A DNA stretch of 60,146 bases from an uncultured Bacilli bacterium (GTDB lineage: Bacteria > Bacillota_I > Bacilli_A > RF39 > UBA660): NCBI GenBank assembly GCA_947629265.1, contig CANRCZ010000004.1, forward strand, positions 1 through 60,146, given 5' to 3'. Below the pieces are notes generated by a model that worked only from the letters and a program-made list of their open reading frames with translations, was not told the origin of the DNA and ran no database searches. The translations under genes were made by a program, and so were the position numbers. This document shows, piece by piece, positions 17,501 through 25,376 of the stretch (its first letter is position 1; the number at the start of each line of letters is the position of its first letter).

Positions 17501-17716
17501 GGTATTTTTATTGATTGCTGCTTTAGCTTGTTCATACCCTATTTGATATCTTAAATCATTATTTAAAGTATAAATTATTTTATCTTTATTAGTTGTCCAA
17601 AAACGATTAATTGAACTACCATCACTAAATTTAGTTAAAATATCATTAGATTTTGGGATATAACCATTATTTAATAGTTCGATATATTCAGCGATTCTAA
17701 TATGTATGTTTGACAT
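14522..17716 (-). CDS. Array paralog 3 (1064 aa): 11 repeats plus C-terminal module
   Basis: Eleven repeat cores. Repeats 10 and 11 are near-identical (KYKDEINHFSNGEAIN). The start codon lies inside the 3' end of paralog 2. Confidence 0.9.
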   Translation of the reverse strand: MSNIHIRIAEYIELLNNGYIPKSNDILTKFSDGSSINRFWTTNKDKIIYTLNNDLRYQIGYEQAKAAINKNTVRHKLQEFIELLNNGYIPTKLDYQTKFKNGESINFFWPNHKDKVINALNNDPNYQIGYEKAKEIISQLATKTSIEIKLSRRINEYIELLNHGYIPNSNENKVKFQNGDLINQFWQNQKERIITTLNNDPKYEVGYETAKDIINQLATKAPKEIKLSRQITEYIELINTGYIPKTQDNSISFSSGELINFFWRNHKGRVIATLNNDPKYQVGYEQAKEIIKKFEDKPRKMTAKKIKKENTRKIKLLNKIAEYIELLNTGYTPRHSDPITKFQDGKAINQFWFNHKDLIISILNSDLKYQTGYETAKETTTKLAKETPKQLEIKMKIYEYIELVNSGYIPKTYDNVTTFKNGSAINQFWINNKDKIIDKLNNDLKYQEGYDKVKKIINKLVNSPSNSDIYTQKISEYIELLNTGYTPLCDDTINEFKVGGFINHFWPTNKKRIIAILNSDPKYQVGYELAKETAKKYENRTPKEISLTERIEEYIDLVNVGYEPKIYDNTTKFKNGEVINKFWFNHKDQILSTLNSNLKYQVGYELAKETLSKLENQRPKETIIYEKVDEYINLLNHGYIPRYNDVRNRFSNGEAIGLFWKIHQDKIIATLNNNLKYVVGYEKAKKTITKLENKKLHKMTVLDKIKEYIELLNHGYIPKYKDEINHFSNGEAINSFWTCYKDRIIATLNSDLKYQIGYETAKENLTKIEKQKLEKLTILDKIKEYIDLLNTGYQPKYKDEINHFSNGEAINFFWMSYKTKIIDNLNNNLKYQEGYETAKKAIIIDKQMTKEINKQKENLTYTKVISKDQILKYLKIEDTNDDSIKSIIQNACFNEHVSMQSEQIKKAYCNTLDALDILDTLDENLIVDIMTCEIIKNHLEKEEREEFKKAVLSYLEKVKELQKLDVAFEENGQLKKLKIRKYKFDEYDIEECVLISLEFNQTKFIELATDLYNRRKLISSCIIDWNELTDLEKQTIINQNNLTVDEISLINEKQEEIKILKKMR

Positions 17717-19697
17717 AGTTATCTCCTCTTATTTGTTTTTTTAATGTTTTAATTTCTTCTTGTTTTTCATTAATTAATGATATTTCTTCTAAAGTAAAAT
17801 TGTTTTGTTTGATAATAGCTTCTTTTTCTTCAGTTGTAAATTCGTTCCAATCGATGATATAATTACTGATTAATTTTCTTCTATTATATAGATCGTTTTG
17901 TGGTTCAATTAGTTTAGATTGATTAAATTCTAAGTTTATTAAAACACATTCTTCAATATCAAATTTATTAAATTGATATTTTTTTATTTTGGCTACTCTT
18001 TTTTGATTGTCTTCTTCAAAGGCAATATCTAGTTTTTGTAGTTTTTTAACTTTTTCTAGATAGAATAAAATAGCCTTTTTAAATTCTTCACGTTCTTCTT
18101 TTTCTAAGTGATTTTCGATGATTGCATTTGTTATGATATCGATAATCATATTTTCATCTAAGATATCTAATTTATCTAGTTCGTTTAAAGCCTTATAGTA
18201 AGCTTTTTCTATTTGTTTATTTTGGTTACTAACATGGTTGTTAAAGCAGACACTTTGGATGATACTTTTTATTGAGCTATTATTTTTTTCATCTACTATT
18301 ATTCCTAAGTATTTTAAGATTTGATCTTTAGATATTTTAGGTTCATTAGTAGTATTATTTAAAATAGCTTTTTTAGCAGTTTCATAGCCTACTTGGTATT
18401 TAGGATCGTTATTTAATTTATCGATTACTTTATCTTTATGATTTGACCAAAATCTACTAATAGCCTCACCATTTTGAAACTTTGTCTTATAATCATTGTA
18501 TTTTGGCATATAGCCACAATTTAATAATTCGATATATTCGTCAACTTTTTTTAACGTTTTAATCTCGACTGACGTCTTAGTTGCAAGTTGACAAATAGTA
18601 TTTTTAGCTTTTTCATAACCTATTTGATATTTTGGATCATTATTTAAAGCTGTGATTACTTTATCTTTATGGTTTAACCAGAAAGTACCGATTAAATCAC
18701 CATTTTGAAATTTATTTTGATAATCTAGTTGAACTGGTATATAACCATTATTTAATAATTCGATATATTCTTGTAATTTATAGCTTACTATATTTTGGTT
18801 AATTACCTCTTTAGCGGTTTCATATCCTACTTGGTATTTGGGTTCGCTATTTAATTTACCGATTACTTTATCTTTATGATTAGCCCAGAATTTACCGATA
18901 AGCTCACCATTTTTAAACTTTATCTTATAATCATTATATTTTGGCATATAGCCACAATTTAATAACTCGATATATTCGTCAACTTTGTTTGAAATTTTAA
19001 TCTCGACTGACGTTTTAGTTGAAAGTTGTTTAATAGTATTTTTAGCTCTTTCATAACCTGTTTGATATCTAGGATCATTATTTAAAGTATCGATTATTTT
19101 ATTTTTATGACTATGCCAAAAAAGATTGATAACCTCACCATTTTGAAATTTAATTTGATTTTCATTAACTACTGGTATGTAACCATTATTTAGTAGCTCA
19201 ATGTATTCATCGATTTGCCTTAAAATTTGAATTTCTTTAGGTCGTTTAGTTGTTAATTTATTAATTATCTCTTTAGCTTGTTCATAACCTACTTGGTATT
19301 TAGAATCATTATTTAAGGTATCGATTATTTTATTTTTTTGATTTGACCAAAAATGATTGATATCTTCACCATTTGTAAATTTAGTTTCTGAATCACAAAT
19401 TTTTGGTAGGTAACCATTATTTAATAATTCGATATATTCATCTATCTGTTTTAAAAGTTTAAGATCTTTTGGTTTTTTAGTTTTTAATTTATTGATAGTA
19501 TCTTTAGCCTTTTCATAACCTACTTGGTATTTTGGATCACTATTTAAGGTATCGATTATTCTATTTTTTTGATTTGGCCAAAAATGATTGATACCCTCAC
19601 CAGTTGTAAATTTAATTTGGCTTTCATTAACTACTGGTATGTAACCATTATTTAGTAGTTCGATATATTCATCTATTTTAAGATATATATTTAACAT
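17697..19697 (-). CDS. Array paralog 2 (666 aa): 6 repeats plus C-terminal module with an 11-aa read-through tail
   Basis: Six repeat cores. The usual ..LKK-x-x-stop ending is replaced by LKKQIRGDNYVKHTY, which overlaps the Shine-Dalgarno and start codon of paralog 3. Confidence 0.9.
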   Translation of the reverse strand: MLNIYLKIDEYIELLNNGYIPVVNESQIKFTTGEGINHFWPNQKNRIIDTLNSDPKYQVGYEKAKDTINKLKTKKPKDLKLLKQIDEYIELLNNGYLPKICDSETKFTNGEDINHFWSNQKNKIIDTLNNDSKYQVGYEQAKEIINKLTTKRPKEIQILRQIDEYIELLNNGYIPVVNENQIKFQNGEVINLFWHSHKNKIIDTLNNDPRYQTGYERAKNTIKQLSTKTSVEIKISNKVDEYIELLNCGYMPKYNDYKIKFKNGELIGKFWANHKDKVIGKLNSEPKYQVGYETAKEVINQNIVSYKLQEYIELLNNGYIPVQLDYQNKFQNGDLIGTFWLNHKDKVITALNNDPKYQIGYEKAKNTICQLATKTSVEIKTLKKVDEYIELLNCGYMPKYNDYKTKFQNGEAISRFWSNHKDKVIDKLNNDPKYQVGYETAKKAILNNTTNEPKISKDQILKYLGIIVDEKNNSSIKSIIQSVCFNNHVSNQNKQIEKAYYKALNELDKLDILDENMIIDIITNAIIENHLEKEEREEFKKAILFYLEKVKKLQKLDIAFEEDNQKRVAKIKKYQFNKFDIEECVLINLEFNQSKLIEPQNDLYNRRKLISNYIIDWNEFTTEEKEAIIKQNNFTLEEISLINEKQEEIKTLKKQIRGDNYVKHTY

Positions 19698-19712
19698 AAT
19701 TATTCCCCCTTT

Positions 19713-21509
19713 TTATCTCATTTTTTTTAAGGTTTTAATTTCTTGTTGTTTTTCATTAATTAAGGCAATTTCTTCTAAAGTAAAGTTATTTTGTTTGATG
19801 ATAGCTTCTTTTTCTAAAGTAGTTAATTCGTTCCAATCGATGATACAGCTACTGATTAGTTTTCTTCTATTATATAAGTCAGTTTTTGGTTCGATAAGTT
19901 TAGATTGGTTAAATTCTAAGCTTATCAAAACACATTCTTCAATATCAAATTCATCAAATTGATATTTTCTAATTTTTTGTTTTTTAATATAGTTGTTATT
20001 TTCAAAAGCGATATCTAGTTTTTGTAGTTCTTTAACTTTTTGTAAGTATGCAAAAATAGCTTTTTTAAATTCTTCACGTTCTTCTTTTTCTAGACAGTTT
20101 TCAATAATTTCGTGAGTGATAATATCAGCGATTTTAGCTTCATCTAAAGTATCTAGTTTATCTAATTTTTTTAAGGTCTTACGATATGGTTCGTTCATCC
20201 ATTTATGTTGTTTACTGACATTTTGTTTAAAACATTCACCTTTAATAATACTTTTAATTGAATTATCGGTTTCTTTTTTTAGTTCGATACCTAAGTATTT
20301 TAAGATTTGATCTTTAGCGATCTTTTCTGTTTTATTAGTAGTTTTATATTCACCTTGTCTATTAGGTGAAATAGCCTCTTTAGCAGTTTCATAGCCTACT
20401 TGGTATTTTGGATCGTTATTTAATTTATCGATGATCTTATCTTTATTATTTCTCCAAAAATAATTGATAGCTTTACCATTTATAAGTTCAGTTTTAAAAT
20501 CAATACCTTTTATCATATAGCCATTATTTAATAGTTCGATATATTTTTCGATTTTAGCTTCTAATAAAATAGCATTCGCTTTTCTAGTTTTTAATTCTTC
20601 GATAATAGCTTTAGCTTTCTCATAACCTACTTGGTACTTTGGATCATTATCTAAAGCTATAATTACTCTATCTCTATGCGTTGTCCAAAAATAGCCTATA
20701 AAATCACCATTCGTAAACTTAGTTTCTAAATCACAATATTTTGGGATATAGCCATTATTTAATAGATTAATATAATCGTTTACTTTAGTTTCAAAGAAAA
20801 GGACACTCATATCTTTAGTTTTTAAGGTTTCTAAGGTTTCTTTAGCTTTATCATAACCTATCTTGTATTTAGGATTGCTATTAAATTCAGCGTATATTTT
20901 ATCCCTATTACGTTTTGACCAGAAAGTACTGATTAAATCACCATTTTTAAACTTGATATTTTGTTCTTTATATCTTGGTATATAACCTTGATTTAATAAC
21001 TCGATATATTCATCTACTTTTTGATCGAAGATTATATCTTTTACTTGTTTATCTTCTAATTGATTAATTATTTCTTTAGCGGTTTCATAACCTGTTTGAT
21101 ACTGTGGATCATTATCTAAAGCAGCGATTATCCTATCTTTTTGACTTGTCCAAAAATAATTGATAGTTTCACCAGTTGTAAATTTAGTTTCTAAATCACA
21201 ATGTTTTGGTAAGTAACCATTATTTAACAAATTAATATAATCTCTTACCTTAATTTCAAATAAAAGATTACTAGGTGTTTGTATTTTTAATTTTTCTAAG
21301 GTAGCTTTAGCTTGTTCATATCCTATCTTATATTTAGTATCACTATTAAATTTATCATATATTCTATCCTTATAATATGGCCAAAAGCGATTAATTGTCA
21401 CACCATTTGAAAATTTAGTTTTTGGATCATTTTTTTTAGGTATATAACCATTATTTAATAATTCAATATATTCATCCATTTCAACATCCGTCTTTTTCAT
21501 CTTTTCCAT
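19713..21509 (-). CDS. Array paralog 1 (598 aa): 5 repeats plus C-terminal module; first gene of the array
   Basis: Five repeat cores. AAGGGGG abuts the first ATG at 21509, so the ATG at 21500 (MKKTDVEMDEY...) may be the true start. Confidence 0.88.
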   Translation of the reverse strand: MEKMKKTDVEMDEYIELLNNGYIPKKNDPKTKFSNGVTINRFWPYYKDRIYDKFNSDTKYKIGYEQAKATLEKLKIQTPSNLLFEIKVRDYINLLNNGYLPKHCDLETKFTTGETINYFWTSQKDRIIAALDNDPQYQTGYETAKEIINQLEDKQVKDIIFDQKVDEYIELLNQGYIPRYKEQNIKFKNGDLISTFWSKRNRDKIYAEFNSNPKYKIGYDKAKETLETLKTKDMSVLFFETKVNDYINLLNNGYIPKYCDLETKFTNGDFIGYFWTTHRDRVIIALDNDPKYQVGYEKAKAIIEELKTRKANAILLEAKIEKYIELLNNGYMIKGIDFKTELINGKAINYFWRNNKDKIIDKLNNDPKYQVGYETAKEAISPNRQGEYKTTNKTEKIAKDQILKYLGIELKKETDNSIKSIIKGECFKQNVSKQHKWMNEPYRKTLKKLDKLDTLDEAKIADIITHEIIENCLEKEEREEFKKAIFAYLQKVKELQKLDIAFENNNYIKKQKIRKYQFDEFDIEECVLISLEFNQSKLIEPKTDLYNRRKLISSCIIDWNELTTLEKEAIIKQNNFTLEEIALINEKQQEIKTLKKMR

Positions 21510-21531
21510 CCCCCTTAAACAATTTCTGGTT

Positions 21532-21540
21532 AGTATAGCA
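21532..21540 (-). promoter_or_regulatory. Extended -10 element (TGcTATACT), candidate promoter of the array
   Basis: The minus strand reads ...TTTACAATTTTGTGCTATACTAACC... about 25 nt upstream of the AAGGGGG ribosome-binding site. The -35 element is weak. It lies just downstream of the ftsX terminator. Confidence 0.45.
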
Positions 21541-21590
21541 CAAAATTGTAAATTTTTCTATATAAAATCGTGATTTTTTTAATAAATATC

Positions 21591-21614
21591 AAAAAAAACT
21601 GCACTAAATGCAGT
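21591..21614 (-). terminator. Rho-independent terminator after ftsX
   Basis: The minus strand reads ACTGCA-TTTAG-TGCAGT followed by a run of 7-8 T. Confidence 0.65.
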
Positions 21615-21640
21615 TTAAAATGACAATATTGTCGATATTT

Positions 21641-22540
21641 TTATATTTTTAAGTATTTTTTAACAGCTCGCCATGAACCAAACATACCTACTATCATACC
21701 AATAATGACTAAAAGAATTGATATTTCATAGACAAATGGGGTTGGTTCAACCAATTTAATAACTGATGAGAACACTTGACCATCCATCTTATCATAAATA
21801 GCGACATAGCCATAAGTTGTGATGATTATTGGAATAATAGAACCAAGTAATCCTAAAATCAATCCCTCTAAAACAAATGGTATTTTAATATTGATATTGC
21901 TAGCGCCAACGAGACGCATAATATCGATTTCACGACGTCTTGAGAAGATCGTAATTTTAATCGTATTAGCGATTAAGAATGCTGTTACGATGATAAGGGC
22001 TACAACGGCAACAAGTGAAACTTTTCTTATCATATCAAAGACAGATACTAGCTTGTCGACCATACCCTCACCATATTTTAAAGTACTGACACCCTCGATT
22101 TTAGATATTTGATCAGCGGTTTCAGATATTCTTTCGATATCTTTTACTTTAACTAAATAAGTATCTTGTAAAGGACTAGTTTCTTCGGTCCAACTTGACA
22201 TGATATTTTTATAAACATCGCTTGATTCCATCATTTCATTAGCGATCGTCATCTTCGATTCGTATTCCACTTTAGCGATATTATCCAATTTATTGATCTC
22301 TTTTAAAACGGTCTGTCTACCCTCATCATCGATATCGACATTCAAGAAAGTAACAATGGTTACATCTCTTTCAATTTCGGTAGTAAAATTATTGACATTG
22401 TATGACAAAATAATAGAAAATGCTACAACGACTAAGGTTATGGTAATACAAGTTATTGATGCTAAAGAAAGTGAAAAATTTCTAAATACACTTTTAAATG
22501 AATCTCTTATATTTCTACTTAGTATTCTTACGGCCTTCAT
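21641..22540 (-). CDS. ftsX: Cell-division ABC transporter permease FtsX
   Basis: N-terminus MKAVRILSRNIRDSFKSVFRNFSLSLASI, four transmembrane segments, and position immediately after ftsE. The ATG at 22540 has an AAGGA Shine-Dalgarno, whereas the ORF-track start at 22561 has none. Confidence 0.85.
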   Translation of the reverse strand: MKAVRILSRNIRDSFKSVFRNFSLSLASITCITITLVVVAFSIILSYNVNNFTTEIERDVTIVTFLNVDIDDEGRQTVLKEINKLDNIAKVEYESKMTIANEMMESSDVYKNIMSSWTEETSPLQDTYLVKVKDIERISETADQISKIEGVSTLKYGEGMVDKLVSVFDMIRKVSLVAVVALIIVTAFLIANTIKITIFSRRREIDIMRLVGASNINIKIPFVLEGLILGLLGSIIPIIITTYGYVAIYDKMDGQVFSSVIKLVEPTPFVYEISILLVIIGMIVGMFGSWRAVKKYLKI

Positions 22541-23222
22541 TTTTATATGTTCCTTTCGCATAATCTTTTAAAATTCTACCACTATCTAATAAAATAGTAC
22601 GTTTTTGCATCTTTTCAACTATCTTAGTATCATGTGTAACCATAATAATCGTCGTTCCTAATTTGTTAACTTGATCGATTACTCCCATAATTTCCATACT
22701 TGTCTTTTCATCTAGATTTCCTGTTGGTTCATCACATATCAATAATTTAGGTCCATTGACGATCGCTCTAGCGATAGCGACTCTCTGTTGTTCCCCACCA
22801 GATAATTCATGAGGATAGTTTTTAGCTTTATGTTTTAAACCAACTAATTCTAAGCTTTTTAAAACTTTTCTATGAATTTCATCTTTAGGTAAACCTAAAA
22901 CCTCTAAGGCGAACGCTACATTTTCATAGACTGTTGATTTTTGTAACAATTTAAAATCTTGAAAAACGACACCGATTTTTCTTCTTATTTTATATACTTT
23001 ACTATTTCTTAATTTAGCGACATCGATACCACCAACATTGATTGACCCTTTCGTTGGTTTTACCTCTCTATAAAGCATTTTAATAAGTGTCGATTTACCA
23101 CATCCAGTCGAACCGATAACGAAAACAAAATCGCCTTTTTCGATTGTTAAATTCATATTTTGAATAGCATTAACACCATTGGGATAGCGTTTGCTGACAC
23201 CTTTTATTGCAATTAAATTCAT
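22515..23222 (-). CDS. ftsE: Cell-division ABC transporter ATPase FtsE
   Basis: Walker A GSTGCGKST, signature LSGGEQQRVAIARA, Walker B LLICDEPTGNLD. It overlaps the ftsX start. Confidence 0.9.
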   Translation of the reverse strand: MNLIAIKGVSKRYPNGVNAIQNMNLTIEKGDFVFVIGSTGCGKSTLIKMLYREVKPTKGSINVGGIDVAKLRNSKVYKIRRKIGVVFQDFKLLQKSTVYENVAFALEVLGLPKDEIHRKVLKSLELVGLKHKAKNYPHELSGGEQQRVAIARAIVNGPKLLICDEPTGNLDEKTSMEIMGVIDQVNKLGTTIIMVTHDTKIVEKMQKRTILLDSGRILKDYAKGTYKNEGRKNTK

Positions 23223-23273
23223 TTTTGATCACCCTACTTTATCCATTATATCATTAATATGTTAAATAGTAAA

Positions 23274-24167
23274 TTATTTTCCACCAGATATTTCATAAGC
23301 ATCTGTTACTAAGAAGAACGCATTTGGATCGATCTCTAAGATACCCTCTTTAGCGATAAAGTACTCCTTAGTAGGAATTATACACATGATAACTTTTTGA
23401 TGATTACCGGTATATCCACCTTTACCATCTAAAACGGTAACACCATGAGATAGATGCCTTAAAATAAACTTTTTAACGTCAGTTTCATGATCAGTTATTA
23501 TATAAAAGGCTTTTGAACCACTTATTCCAAGGACAACTTTATCAGTTATCAAACTTATTATGTAGATAACGACGACACCGATCATAACATTTTCCCAAGC
23601 ATAAACTGAATCTGTTAAAAAGAAACCAGATAATAAGATAATAATACCATCGGTCAAAATTAAAGCTTTACCAAGGGAAATTTTGGTATATTTTGATACG
23701 ATTTGATTGATAATATCAGTTCCACCAGTAGTAAAACCGGTTTTAAAGTTAGTACCAGCTCCTACACCATATACAACAGCACCAAAGATCGCTACTAAAA
23801 GAATATTGTCGGTTTCTAGGACTATATAGTTCGCTAAAGGACTAGTAAGTTTTATAAAAATTGGGAAAATAATAGATCCAGCTACTGATCCTTTAGTTTC
23901 TTCAAAACCTAAAACAAGGAAACTTATAACTAACAGTATCAAGGAAACGACTAATACAAATAGTGAGGTATCGATACCAAACAACTTATTAACGATGATC
24001 GATACACCAGTAACGCCTCCATAAACAATATTTCTAGGTAAAAAGAATATATTAAAAGCTAAAGCTAGTAAAAGACAACCACAAATTAAAGTGAAATATC
24101 TTTTAATTAAATTTTTACTTTGAATTTTTTCCATTATTTTATCAATTGAATTTCTTTTTTTAAACAT
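23274..24167 (-). CDS. YitT-family membrane protein with a C-terminal DUF2179-like domain
   Basis: Polytopic N-terminal region with GGVTGVS and GGTD motifs, plus a soluble C-terminal domain (VTVLDGKGGYTG). It overlaps the prfB stop by 8 nt. Confidence 0.75.
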   Translation of the reverse strand: MFKKRNSIDKIMEKIQSKNLIKRYFTLICGCLLLALAFNIFFLPRNIVYGGVTGVSIIVNKLFGIDTSLFVLVVSLILLVISFLVLGFEETKGSVAGSIIFPIFIKLTSPLANYIVLETDNILLVAIFGAVVYGVGAGTNFKTGFTTGGTDIINQIVSKYTKISLGKALILTDGIIILLSGFFLTDSVYAWENVMIGVVVIYIISLITDKVVLGISGSKAFYIITDHETDVKKFILRHLSHGVTVLDGKGGYTGNHQKVIMCIIPTKEYFIAKEGILEIDPNAFFLVTDAYEISGGK

Positions 24168-25267
24168 GTTTAACTCCTTTCAAATTATCTAAAATAAATA
24201 TATCTATATCACCATCTAAAACCTTTAAAACATCGCTTGTTTCGGTATTAGTTCTCGTATCTTTAACTAATGAATAAGGATGCATAACGTAGTTTCTAAT
24301 TTGAGAACCAAAATTAATATCACTATTTTGACCTTTTATTTTGTTTAGTTCTTCTTCTTTTTTTTGCATTTCTAAATTATATAATTTATTTTTTAGAACA
24401 CTTAATGCTATTTCCTTATTACGTATTTGGCTACGTTCATTTTGACAAGTTACGACGATATTAGTCGGTAGATGGGTAATTCTAACTGCTGAGTCGGTTG
24501 TATTAACACCTTGCCCACCACAACCACTACTACGGTATATATCAATTCGGATATCTGCATCTTTAATATCGATCGATATATCGTTATCTTTAAAATACGG
24601 TGTCGTATTAATAGAAGCGAATGAGGTATGTCTTCTGTTGTTACTATCAAATGGCGATAACCTAACTAGTCTATGAACGCCCTTTTCACATTTTAAATAA
24701 CCATAGGCGTTTTCGCCTTTAACGATCATCGTCTTGCTTTTTATACCGGCTTCTTCACCATATTGAACATCGATAATTTCTACTTTGTAATTATGTTTTT
24801 CACACCATCGATTATACATTCTATCAAGCATACTAGCCCAATCACAAGCTTCTGTTCCACCAGCTCCCGAATGAACCTCTAGGATACAATCTAGTTTATC
24901 GTATTTATCACTAAGCAAAAGCTCAACCTCTAATTTATCTAGTTTGTCTTTTATTTCTTTTTCGTCACTAGTTATTAAATTAAAAAGTTCATTATCGTTT
25001 TCTTTTTTTAATAGTTTTAATATTTCGATATTACCCTCGATTTTATTTTTTAAGCTTGTAATATTTTCTAATGATTGTTTTAGTTTATTATGTTCATTAA
25101 TGATATCTTCACTTTTCTTTTTATCTGACCAAAAATCGGGTTCGTTCATTATTTTTTCTAGTTGTTCGATTTTTTGTTTTTTCGTATCAAATTCAAAGTG
25201 ACCTCCATAGTTCATCGATACGGAATTGATAATCTTTATAAATATTTAATAGCTCGTTTGTCTCCAA
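24160..25267 (-). CDS. prfB: Peptide chain release factor 2, expressed through a programmed +1 frameshift
   Basis: Frame 0 runs from TTG at 25267: METNELLNIYKDYQFRIDELWRSL, ending CTT TGA (25198-25193) and preceded by a GGAGG Shine-Dalgarno-like element. The +1 frame continues EFDTKKQKIEQLEKIMNEPDFW. SPF and GGQ motifs are present. Confidence 0.9.
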
Positions 25268-25354
25268 GTTATCACTACCTTTACTGTTACAATTATATCA
25301 TACGATAAATATCGTCGCAACCTTAAATTTAGTTGTTAGGTAAGGTTTAATAAG

Positions 25355-25376
25355 AAAAAACTCCATTTTTATGGAG
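25355..25376 (-). terminator. Rho-independent terminator after the HD-GYP-like gene
   Basis: The minus strand reads CTCCAT-AAAA-ATGGAG followed by TTTTTT. Confidence 0.6.

Larger units (their letters stand above)
5316..21509 (-). repeat. Tandem array of nine paralogous genes, containing 45 intragenic repeat units and nine conserved 3' modules
   Basis: Recurrent DNA blocks appear throughout, for example the plus-strand ccaaaa(a/t) encoding the FW motif and gaattctaagcttat(t/c)aaaacacattcttc in every 3' module. The gene junctions are also conserved. Confidence 0.95.

Noticed and set aside
5542-20310. Plus-strand ORFs inside the array (5542-5844, 9798-10013, 11389-11604, 11644-11892, 13358-13600, 20116-20310).
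   Set aside because: They are antisense shadow ORFs of the conserved minus-strand 3' modules, which is why they recur and resemble one another. They give low-complexity S/F/L-rich translations, have no ribosome-binding sites, and are fully contained in strongly supported genes.
5316-21509. The regular periodic DNA repeats could be a CRISPR array or a non-coding satellite.
   Set aside because: The period is about 200-230 nt rather than 25-40-nt repeats separated by spacers. The repeats sit in frame inside nine long intact ORFs, conservation follows amino-acid positions, and no cas genes are present.
2024-21640. The array plus the Cys-rich gene could be a mobile genomic island or prophage remnant.
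   Set aside because: I could not see an integrase, transposase, tRNA attachment site, flanking direct repeats or phage structural genes. Horizontal acquisition cannot be excluded, but nothing in the sequence supports a mobile element call.
24450-25201. ORFs 24450-24650 (minus) and 24944-25201 (plus) overlapping prfB.
   Set aside because: They are out-of-frame or antisense to a highly conserved gene, so I treated them as spurious.
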